Of a DNA stretch of 64,000 nucleotides, positions 12,801-26,600 are shown piece by piece. This DNA comes from the human T2T-CHM13v2.0 reference genome, Homo sapiens. Location of the stretch: the NCBI RefSeq assembly GCF_009914755.1, contig NC_060925.1, one strand, 5' to 3'. Each line of letters begins with the position of its first letter. Positions within the stretch are counted from its first letter, which is position 1. A model generated the notes under the pieces. The model was not told the DNA's origin, searched no databases, and saw nothing but the letters and a program-made list of their open reading frames with translations. The position numbers and the translations under genes are program-made.

Positions 12801-14921
12801 TCTTCATATTCTGCTAGACAGAAGAATTCTCAGTAACTTCCTTGTGTTGTGTGTATTCAACTCACAGAGTTGAAGGATCCTTTACAGAGAGCAGGCTTGA
12901 AACACTCTTTTTGTCGAATTTGCAAGTGGAGATTTCAGCCGCTTTGAGGTCAATGGTAGAATAGGAAATATCTTCTTATAGAAACTAGACAGAATGATTC
13001 TCATAAACTCCTTTGTGATGTGTGCGTTCAACTCACAGAGTTTAACCTTTCTTTTCATAGAGCAGTTAGGAGACACTCTGTTTGTAAAGTCTGCAAGTGG
13101 ATATTCAGACCTCCTTGAGGCCTTCGTTGGAAACGGGATTTCTTCATATTCTGCTAGACAGAAGAATTCTCAGTAACTTCCTTGTGTTGTGTTTATTCAA
13201 CTCACAGAGTTGAATGATCCTTTACACAGAGCAGACTTGAAACACTCTTTTTGTGGAATTTGCAAGTGGAGATTTCAGCCGCTTTGAGGTCAACGGTAGA
13301 AAAGTAAATATCTTCGTATAAAGACTAGACAGAATGATTCTCAGAAACTCCTTTGTGATGTGTGCGTTCAACTCACAGAGTTTAACCTTTCTGTTCATAG
13401 AGCAGTTAGGAAACACTCTGTTTGTAAAGTCTGCAAGTGGATATTCAGACCTCTTTGAGGCCTTCGTTGGAAACGGGATTTCTTCATATTATGCTAGACA
13501 GAAGAATTCTCAGTAACTTCCTTGTGTTGTGTGTATTCAACTCACAGAGTTGAACGATCCTTTACACAGAGCAGACTTGAAACATTCTTTTTGTGGAATT
13601 TGCAAGTGGAGATTTCAGCCGCTTTGAGGTCAATGGTAGAATAGGAAATATCTTCCTATAGAAACTAGACAGAACGATTCTCAGAAACTCCTTTGTGATG
13701 TGTGCGTTCAACTCACAGAGTTTAACCTTTCTGTTCATAGAGCAGTTAGGAAACACTCTGTTTGTAAAGTCTGCAAGTGGATATTCAGACCTCTTTGAGG
13801 CCTTCGTTGGAAACGGGATTTCTTCATATTCTGCTAGACAGAAGAATTCTCAGTAACTTCCTTGTGTTGTGTGTATTCAACTCACAGAGTTGAACGATCC
13901 TTTACACAGAGCAGACTTGAAACACTCTTTTTGTGGAATTTGCAAGTGGAGATTTCAGCCGCTTTGAGGTCAATAGTAGAAAAGGAAATATCTTCGTAGA
14001 AAAACTAGACAGAATGATTCTCAGAAACTCCTTTGTGATGTGTGTGTTCAACTCACAGAGTTTAACCTTTCTTTTCATAGAGCAGTTAGTAAACACTCTG
14101 TTTATAAAGTCTGCAAGTGGATATTCAGACCCCTTTGAGGCCTTCGTTGGAAACGGGATTTCTTCATATTATGCTAGACAGAAGAATTCTCAGTAACTTC
14201 CTTGTGTTGTGTGTATTCAACTGACAGAGTTGAACTTTCATTTAGAGAGAGCAGATTTGAAACACTGTTTTTGTGGAATTTGCAATTGGAGATTTCAAGC
14301 GCTTTGGGGCCAAAGGCAGAAAAGGAAATATCTTCGTATAAAAACTAGACAGAATCATTCTCAGAAACTCCTTTGTGATGTGTGCGTTCAACTCTCAGAG
14401 TTTAACTTTTCTTTTCATTCAGCGGTTTGGAAACACTCTGTTTGTAAAGTCTGCACGTGGATATTTTGACCACTTAGAGGCCTTCGTTGGAAACGGGTTT
14501 TTTTCATGTAAGGCTAGACAGAAGAATTCCCAGTAACTTCCTTGTGTTGTGTGCATTCAACTCACAGAGTTGAACGTTCCCTTAGACAGAGCAGATTTGA
14601 AACACTCTATTTGTGCAATTTGCAAGTGTAGATTTCAAGCGCTTTAAGGTCAATGGCAGAAAAGGAAATATCTTCGTTTCAAAACTAGACAGAATCATTC
14701 CCACAAACTGCGTTGTGATGTGTTCGTTCAACTCACAGAGTTTAACCTTTCTGTTCATAGAGCAGTTAGGAAACACTCTGTTTGTAAAGTCTGCAAGTGG
14801 ATATTCAGACCTCTTTGAGGCCTTCGTTGGAAACGGGATTTCTTCATATTCTGCTAGACAGAAGAATTCTCAGTAACTTCCTTGTGTTGTGTGTATTCAA
14901 CTCACAGAGTTGAACGATCCT

Positions 14922-17641
14922 TTACACAGAGCAGACTTGAAACACTCTTTTTGTGGAATTTGCAATTGGAGATTTCAGCCGCTTTGAGGTCAATAGTAGA
15001 AAAGGAAATATCGTCGTAGAAAAACTAGACAGAATGATTCTCAGAAACTCCTTTGTGATGTGTGTGTTCAACTCACAGAGTTTAACCTTTCTTTTCATAG
15101 AGCAGCTAGTAAACACTCTGTTTATGAAGTCTGCAAGTGGATATTCAGACCCCTTTGAGGCCTTCGTTGGAAACGGGATTTCTTCATATTATGCTAGACA
15201 GAAGAATTCTCAGTAACTTCCTTGTGTTGTGTGTATTCAACTGACAGAGTTGAACTTTCATTTGGAGAGAGCAGATTTGAAACACTGTTTTTGTGGAATT
15301 TGCAAGTGGAGATTTCAAGCGCTTTGGGGCCAAAGGCAGAAAAGGAAATATCTTCGTATAAAAACTAGACAGAATCATTCTCAGAAACTGCTGCGTGATG
15401 TGTGCGTTCAACTCTCAGAGTTTAACTTTTCTTTTCATTCAGCGGTTTGGAAACACTCTGTTTGTAAAGTCTGCACGTGGAAATTTTGACCACTTAGAGG
15501 CCTTCGTTGGAAACGGGTTTTTTTCATGTAAGGCTAGACAGAAGAATTCCCAGTAACTTCCTTGTGTTGTGTGCATTCAACTCACAGAGTTGAACGTTCC
15601 CTTAGACAGAGCAGATTTGAAACACTCTATTTGTGCAATTTGCAAGTGTAGATTTCAAGCGCTTTAAGGTCAATGGCAGAAAAGGAAATATCTTCGTTTC
15701 AAAACTAGACAGAATCATTCCCACAAACTGCGTTGTGATGTGTTCGTTCAACTCACAGAGTTTAACCTTTCTGTTCATAGAGCAGTTAGGAAACACTCTG
15801 TTTGTAAAGTCTGTAAGTGGATATTCTGACATCTTGTGGCCTTCGTTGGAAACGGGATTTCTTCATATTCTGCTAGACAGAAGAATTCTCAGTAACTTCC
15901 TTGTGTTGTGTGTATTCAACTCACAGAGTTGAATGATCCTTTACACAGAGCAGACTTGAAACACTCTTTTTGTGGAATTTGCAAGTGGAGATTTCAGCCG
16001 CTTTGAGGTCAATGGTAGAAAAGGAAACTATCTTCATATAAAGACTAGACAGAATGATTCTCAGAAAATCTTTTGTGATGTGTGCGTTCAACTCACAGAG
16101 TTTAACTTTTCTTCTCATAGAGCAGTTAGGAAACACTCTGTTTGTAAAGTCTGCAAGTGGATATTCAGACCTCTTTGAGGCCTTCGTTGGAAACGGGATT
16201 TCTTCATATTATGCTAGACAGAATAATTCTCAGTAACTTCCTTGTGTTGTGTGTATTTAACTCACAGAGTTGAAGGATCCTTTACAGAGAGCAGGCTTGA
16301 AACACTCTTTTTGTCGAATTTGCAAGTGGAGATTTCAGCCGCTTTGAGGTCAATGGTAGAATAGGAAATATCTTCTTATAGAAACTAGACAGAATGATTC
16401 TCATAAACTCCTTTGTGATGTGTGCGTTCAACTCACAGAGTTTAACCTTTCTTTTCATAGAGCAGTTAGGAAACATTCTGTTTATAAAGTCTGCAAGTGG
16501 ATATTCAGACCTCCTTGAGGCCTTCGTTGGAAACGGGATTTCTTCATATTCTGCTAGACAGAAGAATTCTCAGTAACTTCCTTGTGTTGTGTTTATTCAA
16601 CTCACAGAGTTGAATGATCCTTTACACACAGCAGACTTGAAACACTCTTTTTGTGGAATTTGCAAGTGGAGATTTCAGCCGCTTTGAGGTCAACGGTAGA
16701 AAAGTAAATATCTTCGTATAAAGACTAGACAGAATGATTCTCAGAAACTCCTTTGTGATGTGTGCGTTCAACTCACAGAGTTTAACCTTTCTGTTCATAG
16801 AGCAGTTAGGAAACACTCTGTTTGTAAAGTCTGCAAGTGGATATTCAGATCTCCTTGAGGCCTTCGTTGGAAACGGGATTTCTTCATATTCTGCTAGACA
16901 GAAGAATTCTCAGTAACTTCCTTGTGTTGTGTGTATTCAACTCACAGAGTTGAACGATCCTTTACACAGAGCAGACTTGAAACACTCTTTTTGTGGAATT
17001 TGCAAGTGGAGATTTCAGCCGCTTTGAGGTCAATGGTAGAAAAGGAAATATCTTCGTATAAAGACTAGACAGAATGATTCTCAGAAACTCCTTTGTGATG
17101 TGTGCGTTCAACTCACAGAGTTTAACTTTTCTTTTCATAGAGCAGTTAGGAAACACTCTGTTTGTAAAGTCTGCAAGTGGATATTCAGACCTCTTTGAGG
17201 CCTTCGTTGGAAACGGGATTTCTTCATATTCTGCTAGACAGAAGAATTCTCAGTAACTTCCTTGTGTTGTGTGTATTCAACTCACAGAGTTGAACGATCC
17301 TTTACACAGAGCAGACTTGAAACATTCTTTTTCTGGAATTTGCAAGTGGAGATTTCAGCCGCTTTGAGGTCAATGGTAGAATAGGAAATATCTTCCTATA
17401 GAAACTAGACAGAACGATTCTCAGAAACTCCTTTGTGATGTGTGCGTTCAACTCACAGAGTTTAACCTTTCTTTTCATAGAGCAGTTAGGAAACACTCTG
17501 TTTGTAAAGTCTGCAAGTGGATATTCAGACCTCTTTGAGGCCTTCGTTGGAAACGGGATTTCTTCATATTCTGCTAGACAGAAGAATTCTCAGTAACTTC
17601 CTTGTGTTGTGTGTATTCAACTCACAGAGTTGAACGATCCT
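14922..17641 (+). repeat. Full 16-monomer HOR copy ABCDEFGH (2,720 bp)
   Basis: All eight dimer types in order; A-to-A distance 2,720 bp. Confidence 0.9.
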
Positions 17642-20600
17642 TTACACAGAGCAGACTTGAAACACTCTTTTTGTGGAATTTGCAAGTGGAGATTTCAGCC
17701 GCTTTGAGGTCAATAGTAGAAAAGGAAATATCTTCGTAGAAAAACTAGACAGAATGATTCTCAGAAACTCCTTTGTGATGTGTGTGTTCAACTCACAGAG
17801 TTTAACCTTTCTTTTCATAGAGCAGTTAGTAAACACTCTGTTTATAAAGTCTGCAAGTGGATATTCAGACCCCTTTGAGGCCTTCGTTGGAAACGGGATT
17901 TCTTCATATTATGCTAGACAGAAGAATTCTCAGTAACTTCCTTGTGTTGTGTGTATTCAACTGACAGAGTTGAACTTTCATTTAGAGAGAGCAGATTTGA
18001 AACACTGTTTTTGTGGAATTTGCAAGTGGAGATTTCAAGCGCTTTGGGGCCAAAGGCAGAAAAGGAAATATCTTCGTATAAAAACTAGACAGAATCATTC
18101 TCAGAAACTGCTGCGTGATGTGTGCGTTCAACTCTCAGAGTTTAACTTTTCTTTTCATTCAGCGGTTTGGAAACACTCTGTTTGTAAAGTCTGCACGTGG
18201 AAATTTTGACCACTTAGAGGCCTTCGTTGGAAACGGGTTTTTTTCATGTAAGGCTAGACAGAAGAATTCCCAGTAACTTCCTTGTGTTGTGTGCATTCAA
18301 CTCACAGAGTTGAACGTTCCCTTAGACAGAGCAGATTTGAAACACTCTATTTGTGCAATTTGCAAGTGTAGTTTTCAAGCTCTTTAAGGTCAATGGCAGA
18401 AAAGGAAATATCTTCGTTTCAAAACTAGACAGAATCATTCCCACAAACTGCGTTGTGATGTGTTCGTTCAACTCACAGAGTTTAACCTTTCTGTTCATAG
18501 AGCAGTTAGGAAACACTCTGTTTGTAAAGTCTGTAAGTGGATATTCTGACATCTTGTGGCCTTCGTTGGAAACGGGATTTCTTCATATTCTGCTAGACAG
18601 AAGAATTCTCAGTAACTTCCTTGTGTTGTGTGTATTCAACTCACAGAGTTGAACGATCCTTTACACAGAGCAGACTTGAAACACTCTTTTTGTGGAATTT
18701 GCAAGTGGAGATTTCAGCCGCTTTGAGGTCAATGGTAGAAAAGGAAACTATATTCATATAAAGACTAGACAGAATGATTCTCAGAAAATCTTTTGTGATG
18801 TGTGCGTTCAACTCACAGAGTTTAACTTTTCTTCTCATAGAGCAGTTAGGAAACACTCTGTTTGTAAAGTCTGCAAGTGGATATTCAGACATCTTTGAGG
18901 CCTTCGTTGGAAACGGGATTTCTTCATATTCTGCTAGACAGAAGAATTCTCAGTAACTTCCTTGTGTTGTGTGTATTCAACTCACAGAGTTGAAGGATCC
19001 TTTACAGAGAGCAGGCTTGAAACACTCTTTTTGTCGAATTTGCAAGTGGAGATTTCAGCCGCTTTGAGGTCAATGGTAGAATAGGAAATATCTTCTTATA
19101 GAAACTAGACAGAATGATTCTCATAAACTCCTTTGTGATGTGTGCGTTCAACTCACAGAGTTTAACCTTTCTTTTCATAGAGCAGTTAGGAAACACTCTG
19201 TTTGTAAAGTCTGCAAGTGGATATTCAGACCTCCTTGAGGCCTTCGTTGGAAACGGGATTTCTTCATATTCTGCTAGACAGAAGAATTCTCAGTAACTTC
19301 CTTGTGTTGTGTTTATTCAACTCACAGAGTTGAATGATCCTTTACACAGAGCAGACTTGAAACACTCTTTTTGTGGAATTTGCAAGTGGAGATTTCAGCC
19401 GCTTTGTGGTCAACGGTAGAAAAGTAAATATCTTCGTATAAAGACTAGACAGAATGATTCTCAGAAACTCCTTTGTGATGTGTGCGTTCAACTCACAGAG
19501 TTTAACCTTTCTGTTCATAGAGCAGTTAGGAAACACTCTGTTTGTAAAGTCTGCAAGTGGATATTCAGACCTCTTTGAGGCCTTCGTTGGAAACGGGATT
19601 TCTTCATATTCTGCTAGACAGAAGAATTCTCAGTAACTTCCTTGTGTTGTGAGTATTCAACTCACAGAGTTGAACGATCCTTTACACAGAGCAGACTTGA
19701 AACACTCTTTTTGTGGAATTTGCAAGAGGAGATTTCAGCCGCTTTGAGGTCAATAGTAGAAAAGGAAATATCTTCGTAGAAAAACTAGACAGAATGATTC
19801 TCAGAAACTCCTTTGTGATGTGTGTGTTCAACTCACAGAGTTTAACCTTTCTTTTCATAGAGCAGTTAGTAAACACTCTGTTTATAAAGTCTGCAAGTGG
19901 ATATTCAGACCCCTTTGAGGCCTTCGTTGGAAACGGGATTTCTTCATATTATGCTAGACAGAAGAATTCTCAGTAACTTCCTTGTGTTGTGTGTATTCAA
20001 CTGACAGAGTTGAACTTTCATTTGGAGAGAGCAGATTTGAAACACTGTTTTTGTGGAATTTGCAAGTGGAGATTTCAAGCGCTTTGGGGCCAAAGGCAGA
20101 AAAGGAAATATCTTCGTATAAAAACTAGACAGAATCATTCTCAGAAACTGCTGCGTGATGTGTGCGTTCAACTCTCAGAGTTTAACCTTTCTTTTCATTC
20201 AGCGGTTTGGAAACACTCTGTTTGTAAAGTCTACACGTGGATATTTTGACCACTTAGAGGCCTTCGTTGGAAACGGGTTTTTTTCATGTAAGGCTAGACA
20301 GAAGAATTCCCAGTAACTTCCTTGTGTTGTGTGCATTCAACTCACAGAGTTGAACGTTCCCTTAGACAGAGCAGATTTGAAACACTCTATTTGTGCAATT
20401 TGCAAGTGTAGATTTCAAGCGCTTTAAGGTCAACGGCAGAAAAGGAAATATCTTCGTTTCAAAACTAGACAGAATCATTCCCACAAACTGCGTTGTGATG
20501 TGTTCGTTCAACTCACAGAGTTTAACCTTTCTGTTCATAGAGCAGTTAGGAAACACTCTGTTTGTAAAGTCTGTAAGTGGATATTCTGATATCTTGTGGC

Positions 20601-23600
20601 CTTCGTTGGAAACGGGATTTCTTCATATTCTGCTAGACAGAAGAATTCTCAGTAACTTCCTTGTGTTGTGTGTATTCAACTCACAGAGTTGAACGATCCT
20701 TTACACAGAGCAGACTTGAAACACTCTTTTTGTGGAATTTGCAAGTGGAGATTTCAGCCGCTTTGAGGTCAATGGTAGAAAAGGAATCTATCTTCATATA
20801 AAGACTAGACAGAATGATTCTCAGAAAATCTTTTGTGATGTGTGCGTTCAACTCACAGAGTTTAACTTTTCTTCTCATAGAGCAGTTAGGAAACACTCTG
20901 TTTGTAAAGTCTGCAAGTGGATATTCAGACCTGTTTGAGGCCTTCGTTGGAAACGGGATTTCTTCATATTATGCTAGACAGAATAATTCTCAGTAACTTC
21001 CTTGTGTTGTGTGTATTCAACTCACAGAGTTGAAGGATCCTTTACAGAGAGCAGGCTTGAAACACTCTTTTTGTCGAATTTGCAAGTGGAGATTTCAGCC
21101 GCTTTGAGGTCAATGGTAGAATAGGAAATATCTTCTTATAGAAACTAGACAAAATGATTCTCATGAACTCCTTTGTGATGTGTGCGTTCAACTCACAGAG
21201 TTTAACCTTTCTTTTCATAGAGCAGTTAGGAAACACTCTGTTTGTAAAGTCTGCAAGTGGATATTCAGACCTCCTTGAGGCCTTCGTTGGAAACGGGATT
21301 TCTTCATATTCTGCTAGACAGAAGAATTCTCAGTAACTTCCTTGTGTTGTGTGTATTCAACTCACAGAGTTGAACGATCCTTTACACAGAGCAGACTTGA
21401 AACATTCTTTTTGTGGAATTTGCAAGTGGAGATTTAAGCCGCTTTGAGGTCAATGGTAGAATAGGAAATATCTTCCTATAGAAACTAGACAGAACGATTC
21501 TCAGAAACTCCTTTGTGATGTGTGCGTTCAACTCACAGAGTTTAACCTTTCTGTTCATAGAGCAGTTAGGAAACACTCTGTTTGTAAAGTCTGCAAGTGG
21601 ATATTCAGACCTCCTTGAGGCCTTCGTTGGAAACGGGATTTCTTCATATTCTGCTAGACAGAAGAATTCTCAGTAACTTCCTTGTGTTGTGTGTATTCAA
21701 CTCACAGAGTTGAACGATCCTTTACACAGAGCAGACTTGAAACACTCTTTTTGTGGAATTTGCAAGTGGAGATTTCAGCCGCTTTGAGGTCAATGGTAGA
21801 AAAGGAAATATCTTCGTATAAAGACTAGACAGAATGATTCTCAGAAACTCCTTTGTGATGTGTGCGTTCAACTCACAGAGTTTAACTTTTCTTTTCATAG
21901 AGCAGTTAGGAAACACTCTGTTTGTAAAGTCTGCAAGTGGATATTCAGACCTCTTTGAGGCCTTCGTTGGAAACGGGATTTCTTCATATTATGCTAGACA
22001 GAAGAATTCTCAGTAACTTCCTTGTGTTGTGTGTATTCAACTCACAGAGTTGAACGATCCTTTACACAGAGCAGACTTGAAACATTCTTTTTGTGGAATT
22101 TGCAAGTGGAGATTTCAGCCGCTTTGAGGTCAATGGTAGAATAGGAAATATCTTCCTATAGAAACTAGACAGAACGATTCTCAGAAACTCCTTTGTGATG
22201 TGTGCGTTCAACTCACAGAGTTTAACCTTTCTTTTCATAGAGCAGTTAGGAAACACTCTGTTTGTAAAGTCTGCAAGTGGATATTCAGACCTCTTTGAGG
22301 CCTTCGTTGGAAACGGGATTTCTTCCTATTCTGCTAGACAGAAGAATTCTCAGTAACTTCCTTGTGTTGTGTGTATTCAACTCACAGAGTTGAACGATCC
22401 TTTACACAGAGCAGACTTGAAACACTCTTTTTGTGGAATTTGCAAGTGGAGATTTCAGCCGCTTTGAGGTCAATAGTAGAAAAGGAAATATCTTCGTAGA
22501 AAAACTAGACAGAATGATTCTCAGAAACTCCTTTGTGATGTGTGTGTTCAACTCACAGAGTTTAACCTTTCTTTTCATAGAGCAGTTAGTAAACACTCTG
22601 TTTATAAAGTCTGCAAGTGGATATTCAGACCCCTTTGTGGCCTTCGTTGGAAACGGGATTTCTTCATATTATGCTAGACAGAAGAATTCTCAGTAACTTC
22701 CTTGTGTTGTGTGTATTCAACTGACAGAGTTGAACTTTCATTTAGAGAGAGCAGATTTGAAACACTGTTTTTGTGGAATTTGCAAGTGGAAATTTCAAGC
22801 GCTTTGGGGTCAAAGGCAGAAAAGGAAATATCTTCGTATAAAAACTAGACAGAATCATTCTCAGAAACTGCTGCGTGATGTGTGCGTTCAACTCTCAGAG
22901 TTTAACTTTTCTTTTCATTCAGCGGTTTGGAAACACTCTGTTTGTAAAGTCTGCACGTGGAAATTTTGACCACTTAGAGGCCTTCGTTGGAAACGGGTTT
23001 TTTTCATGTAAGGCTAGACAGAAGAATTCCCAGTAACTTCCTTGTGTTGTGTGCATTCAACTCACAGAGTTGAACGTTCCCTTAGACAGAGCAGATTTGA
23101 AACACTCTATTTGTGCAATTTGCAAGTGTAGATTTCAAGCGCTTTAAGGTCAATGGCAGAAAAGGAAATATCTTCGTTTCAAAACTAGACAGAATCATTC
23201 CCACAAACTGCGTTGTGATGTGTTCGTTCAACTCACAGAGTTTAACCTTTCTGTTCATAGAGCAGTTAGGAAACACTCTGTTTGTAAAGTCTGTAAGTGG
23301 ATATTCTGACATCTTGTGGCCTTCGTTGGAAACGGGATTTCTTCATATTCTGCTAGACAGAAGAATTCTCAGTAACTTCCTTGTGTTGTGTGTATTCAAC
23401 TCACAGAGTTGAATGATCCTTTACACAGAGCAGACTTGAAACACTCTTTTTGTGGAATTTGCAAGTGGAGATTTCAGCCGCTTTGAGGTCAATGGTAGAA
23501 AAGGAAACTATCTTCATATAAAGACTAGACAGAATGATTCTCAGAAAATCTTTTGTGATGTGTGCGTTCAACTCACAGAGTTTAACTTTTCTTCTCATAG

Positions 23601-26600
23601 AGCAGTTAGGAAACACTCTGTTTGTAAAGTCTGCAAGTGGATATTCAGACCTCTTTGAGGCCTTCGTTGGAAACGGGATTTCTTCATATTATGCTAGACA
23701 GAATAATTCTCAGTAACTTCCTTGTGTTGTGTGTATTTAACTCACAGAGTTGAAGGATCCTTTACAGAGAGCAGGCTTGAAACACTCTTTTTGTCGAATT
23801 TGCAAGTGGAGATTTCAGCCGCTTTGAGGTCAATGGTAGAATAGGAAATATCTTCTTATAGAAACTAGACAGAATGATTCTCATAAACTCCTTTGTGATG
23901 TGTGCGTTCAACTCACAGAGTTTAACCTTTCTTTTCATAGAGCAGTTAGGAAACATTCTGTTTATAAAGTCTGCAAGTGGATATTCAGACCTCCTTGAGG
24001 CCTTCGTTGGAAACGGGATTTCTTCATATTCTGCTAGACAGAAGAATTCTCAGTAACTTCCTTGTGTTGTGTTTATTCAACTCACAGAGTTGAATGATCC
24101 TTTACACACAGCAGACTTGAAACACTCTTTTTGTGGAATTTGCAAGTGGAGATTTCAGCCGCTTTGAGGTCAACGGTAGAAAAGTAAATATCTTCGTATA
24201 AAGACTAGACAGAATGATTCTCAGAAACTCCTTTGTGATGTGTGCGTTCAACTCACAGAGTTTAACCTTTCTGTTCATAGAGCAGTTAGGAAACACTCTG
24301 TTTGTAAAGTCTGCAAGTGGATATTCAGATCTCCTTGAGGCCTTCGTTGGAAACGGGATTTCTTCATATTCTGCTAGACAGAAGAATTCTCAGTAACTTC
24401 CTTGTGTTGTGTGTATTCAACTCACAGAGTTGAACGATCCTTTACACAGAGCAGACTTGAAACACTCTTTTTGTGGAATTTGCAAGTGGAGATTTCAGCC
24501 GCTTTGAGGTCAATGGTAGAAAAGGAAATATCTTCGTATAAAGACTAGACAGAATGATTCTCAGAAACTCCTTTGTGATGTGTGCGTTCAACTCACAGAG
24601 TTTAACTTTTCTTTTCATAGAGCAGTTAGGAAACACTCTGTTTGTAAAGTCTGCAAGTGGATATTCAGACCTCTTTGAGGCCTTCGTTGGAAACGGGATT
24701 TCTTCATATTCTGCTAGACAGAAGAATTCTCAGTAACTTCCTTGTGTTGTGTGTATTCAACTCACAGAGTTGAACGATCCTTTACACAGAGCAGACTTGA
24801 AACATTCTTTTTCTGGATTTTGCAAGTGGAGATTTCAGCCGCTTTGAGGTCAATGGTAGAATAGGAAATATCTTCCTATAGAAACTAGACAGAACGATTC
24901 TCAGAAACTCCTTTGTGATGTGTGCGTTCAACTCACAGAGTTTAACCTTTCTTTTCATAGAGCAGTTAGGAAACACTCTGTTTGTAAAGTCTGCAAGTGG
25001 ATATTCAGACCTCTTTGAGGCCTTCGTTGGAAACGGGATTTCTTCATATTCTGCTAGACAGAAGAATTCTCAGTAACTTCCTTGTGTTGTGTGTATTCAA
25101 CTCACAGAGTTGAACGATCCTTTACACAGAGCAGACTTGAAACACTCTTTTTGTGGAATTTGCAAGTGGAGATTTCAGCCGCTTTGAGGTCAATAGTAGA
25201 AAAGGAAATATCTTCGTAGAAAAACTAGACAGAATGATTCTCAGAAACTCCTTTGTGATGTGTGTGTTCAACTCACAGAGTTTAACCTTTCTTTTCATAG
25301 AGCAGTTAGTAAACACTCTGTTTATAAAGTCTGCAAGTGGATATTCAGACCCCTTTGAGGCCTTCGTTGGAAACGGGATTTCTTCATATTATGCTAGACA
25401 GAAGAATTCTCAGTAACTTCCTTGTGTTGTGTGTATTCAACTGACAGAGTTGAACTTTCATTTAGAGAGAGCAGATTTGAAACACTGTTTTTGTGGAATT
25501 TGCAAGTGGAGATTTCAAGCGCTTTGGGGCCAAAGGCAGAAAAGGAAATATCTTCGTATAAAAACTAGACAGAATCATTCTCAGAAACTGCTGCGTGATG
25601 TGTGCGTTCAACTCTCAGAGTTTAACTTTTCTTTTCATTCAGCGGTTTGGAAACACTCTGTTTGTAAAGTCTGCACGTGGAAATTTTGACCACTTAGAGG
25701 CCTTCGTTGGAAACGGGTTTTTTTCATGTAAGGCTAGACAGAAGAATTCCCAGTAACTTCCTTGTGTTGTGTGCATTCAACTCACAGAGTTGAACGTTCC
25801 CTTAGACAGAGCAGATTTGAAACACTCTATTTGTGCAATTTGCAAGTGTAGTTTTCAAGCTCTTTAAGGTCAATGGCAGAAAAGGAAATATCTTCGTTTC
25901 AAAACTAGACAGAATCATTCCCACAAACTGCGTTGTGATGTGTTCGTTCAACTCACAGAGTTTAACCTTTCTGTTCATAGAGCAGTTAGGAAACACTCTG
26001 TTTGTAAAGTCTGTAAGTGGATATTCTGACATCTTGTGGCCTTCGTTGGAAACGGGATTTCTTCATATTCTGCTAGACAGAAGAATTCTCAGTAACTTCC
26101 TTGTGTTGTGTGTATTCAACTCACAGAGTTGAACGATCCTTTACACAGAGCAGACTTGAAACACTCTTTTTGTGGAATTTGCAAGTGGAGATTTCAGCCG
26201 CTTTGAGGTCAATGGTAGAAAAGGAAACTATATTCATATAAAGACTAGACAGAATGATTCTCAGAAAATCTTTTGTGATGTGTGCGTTCAACTCACAGAG
26301 TTTAACTTTTCTTCTCATAGAGCAGTTAGGAAACACTCTGTTTGTAAAGTCTGCAAGTGGATATTCAGACATCTTTGAGGCCTTCGTTGGAAACGGGATT
26401 TCTTCATATTCTGCTAGACAGAAGAATTCTCAGTAACTTCCTTGTGTTGTGTGTATTCAACTCACAGAGTTGAAGGATCCTTTACAGAGAGCAGGCTTGA
26501 AACACTCTTTTTGTCGAATTTGCAAGTGGAGATTTCAGCCGCTTTGAGGTCAATGGTAGAATAGGAAATATCTTCTTATAGAAACTAGACAGAATGATTC

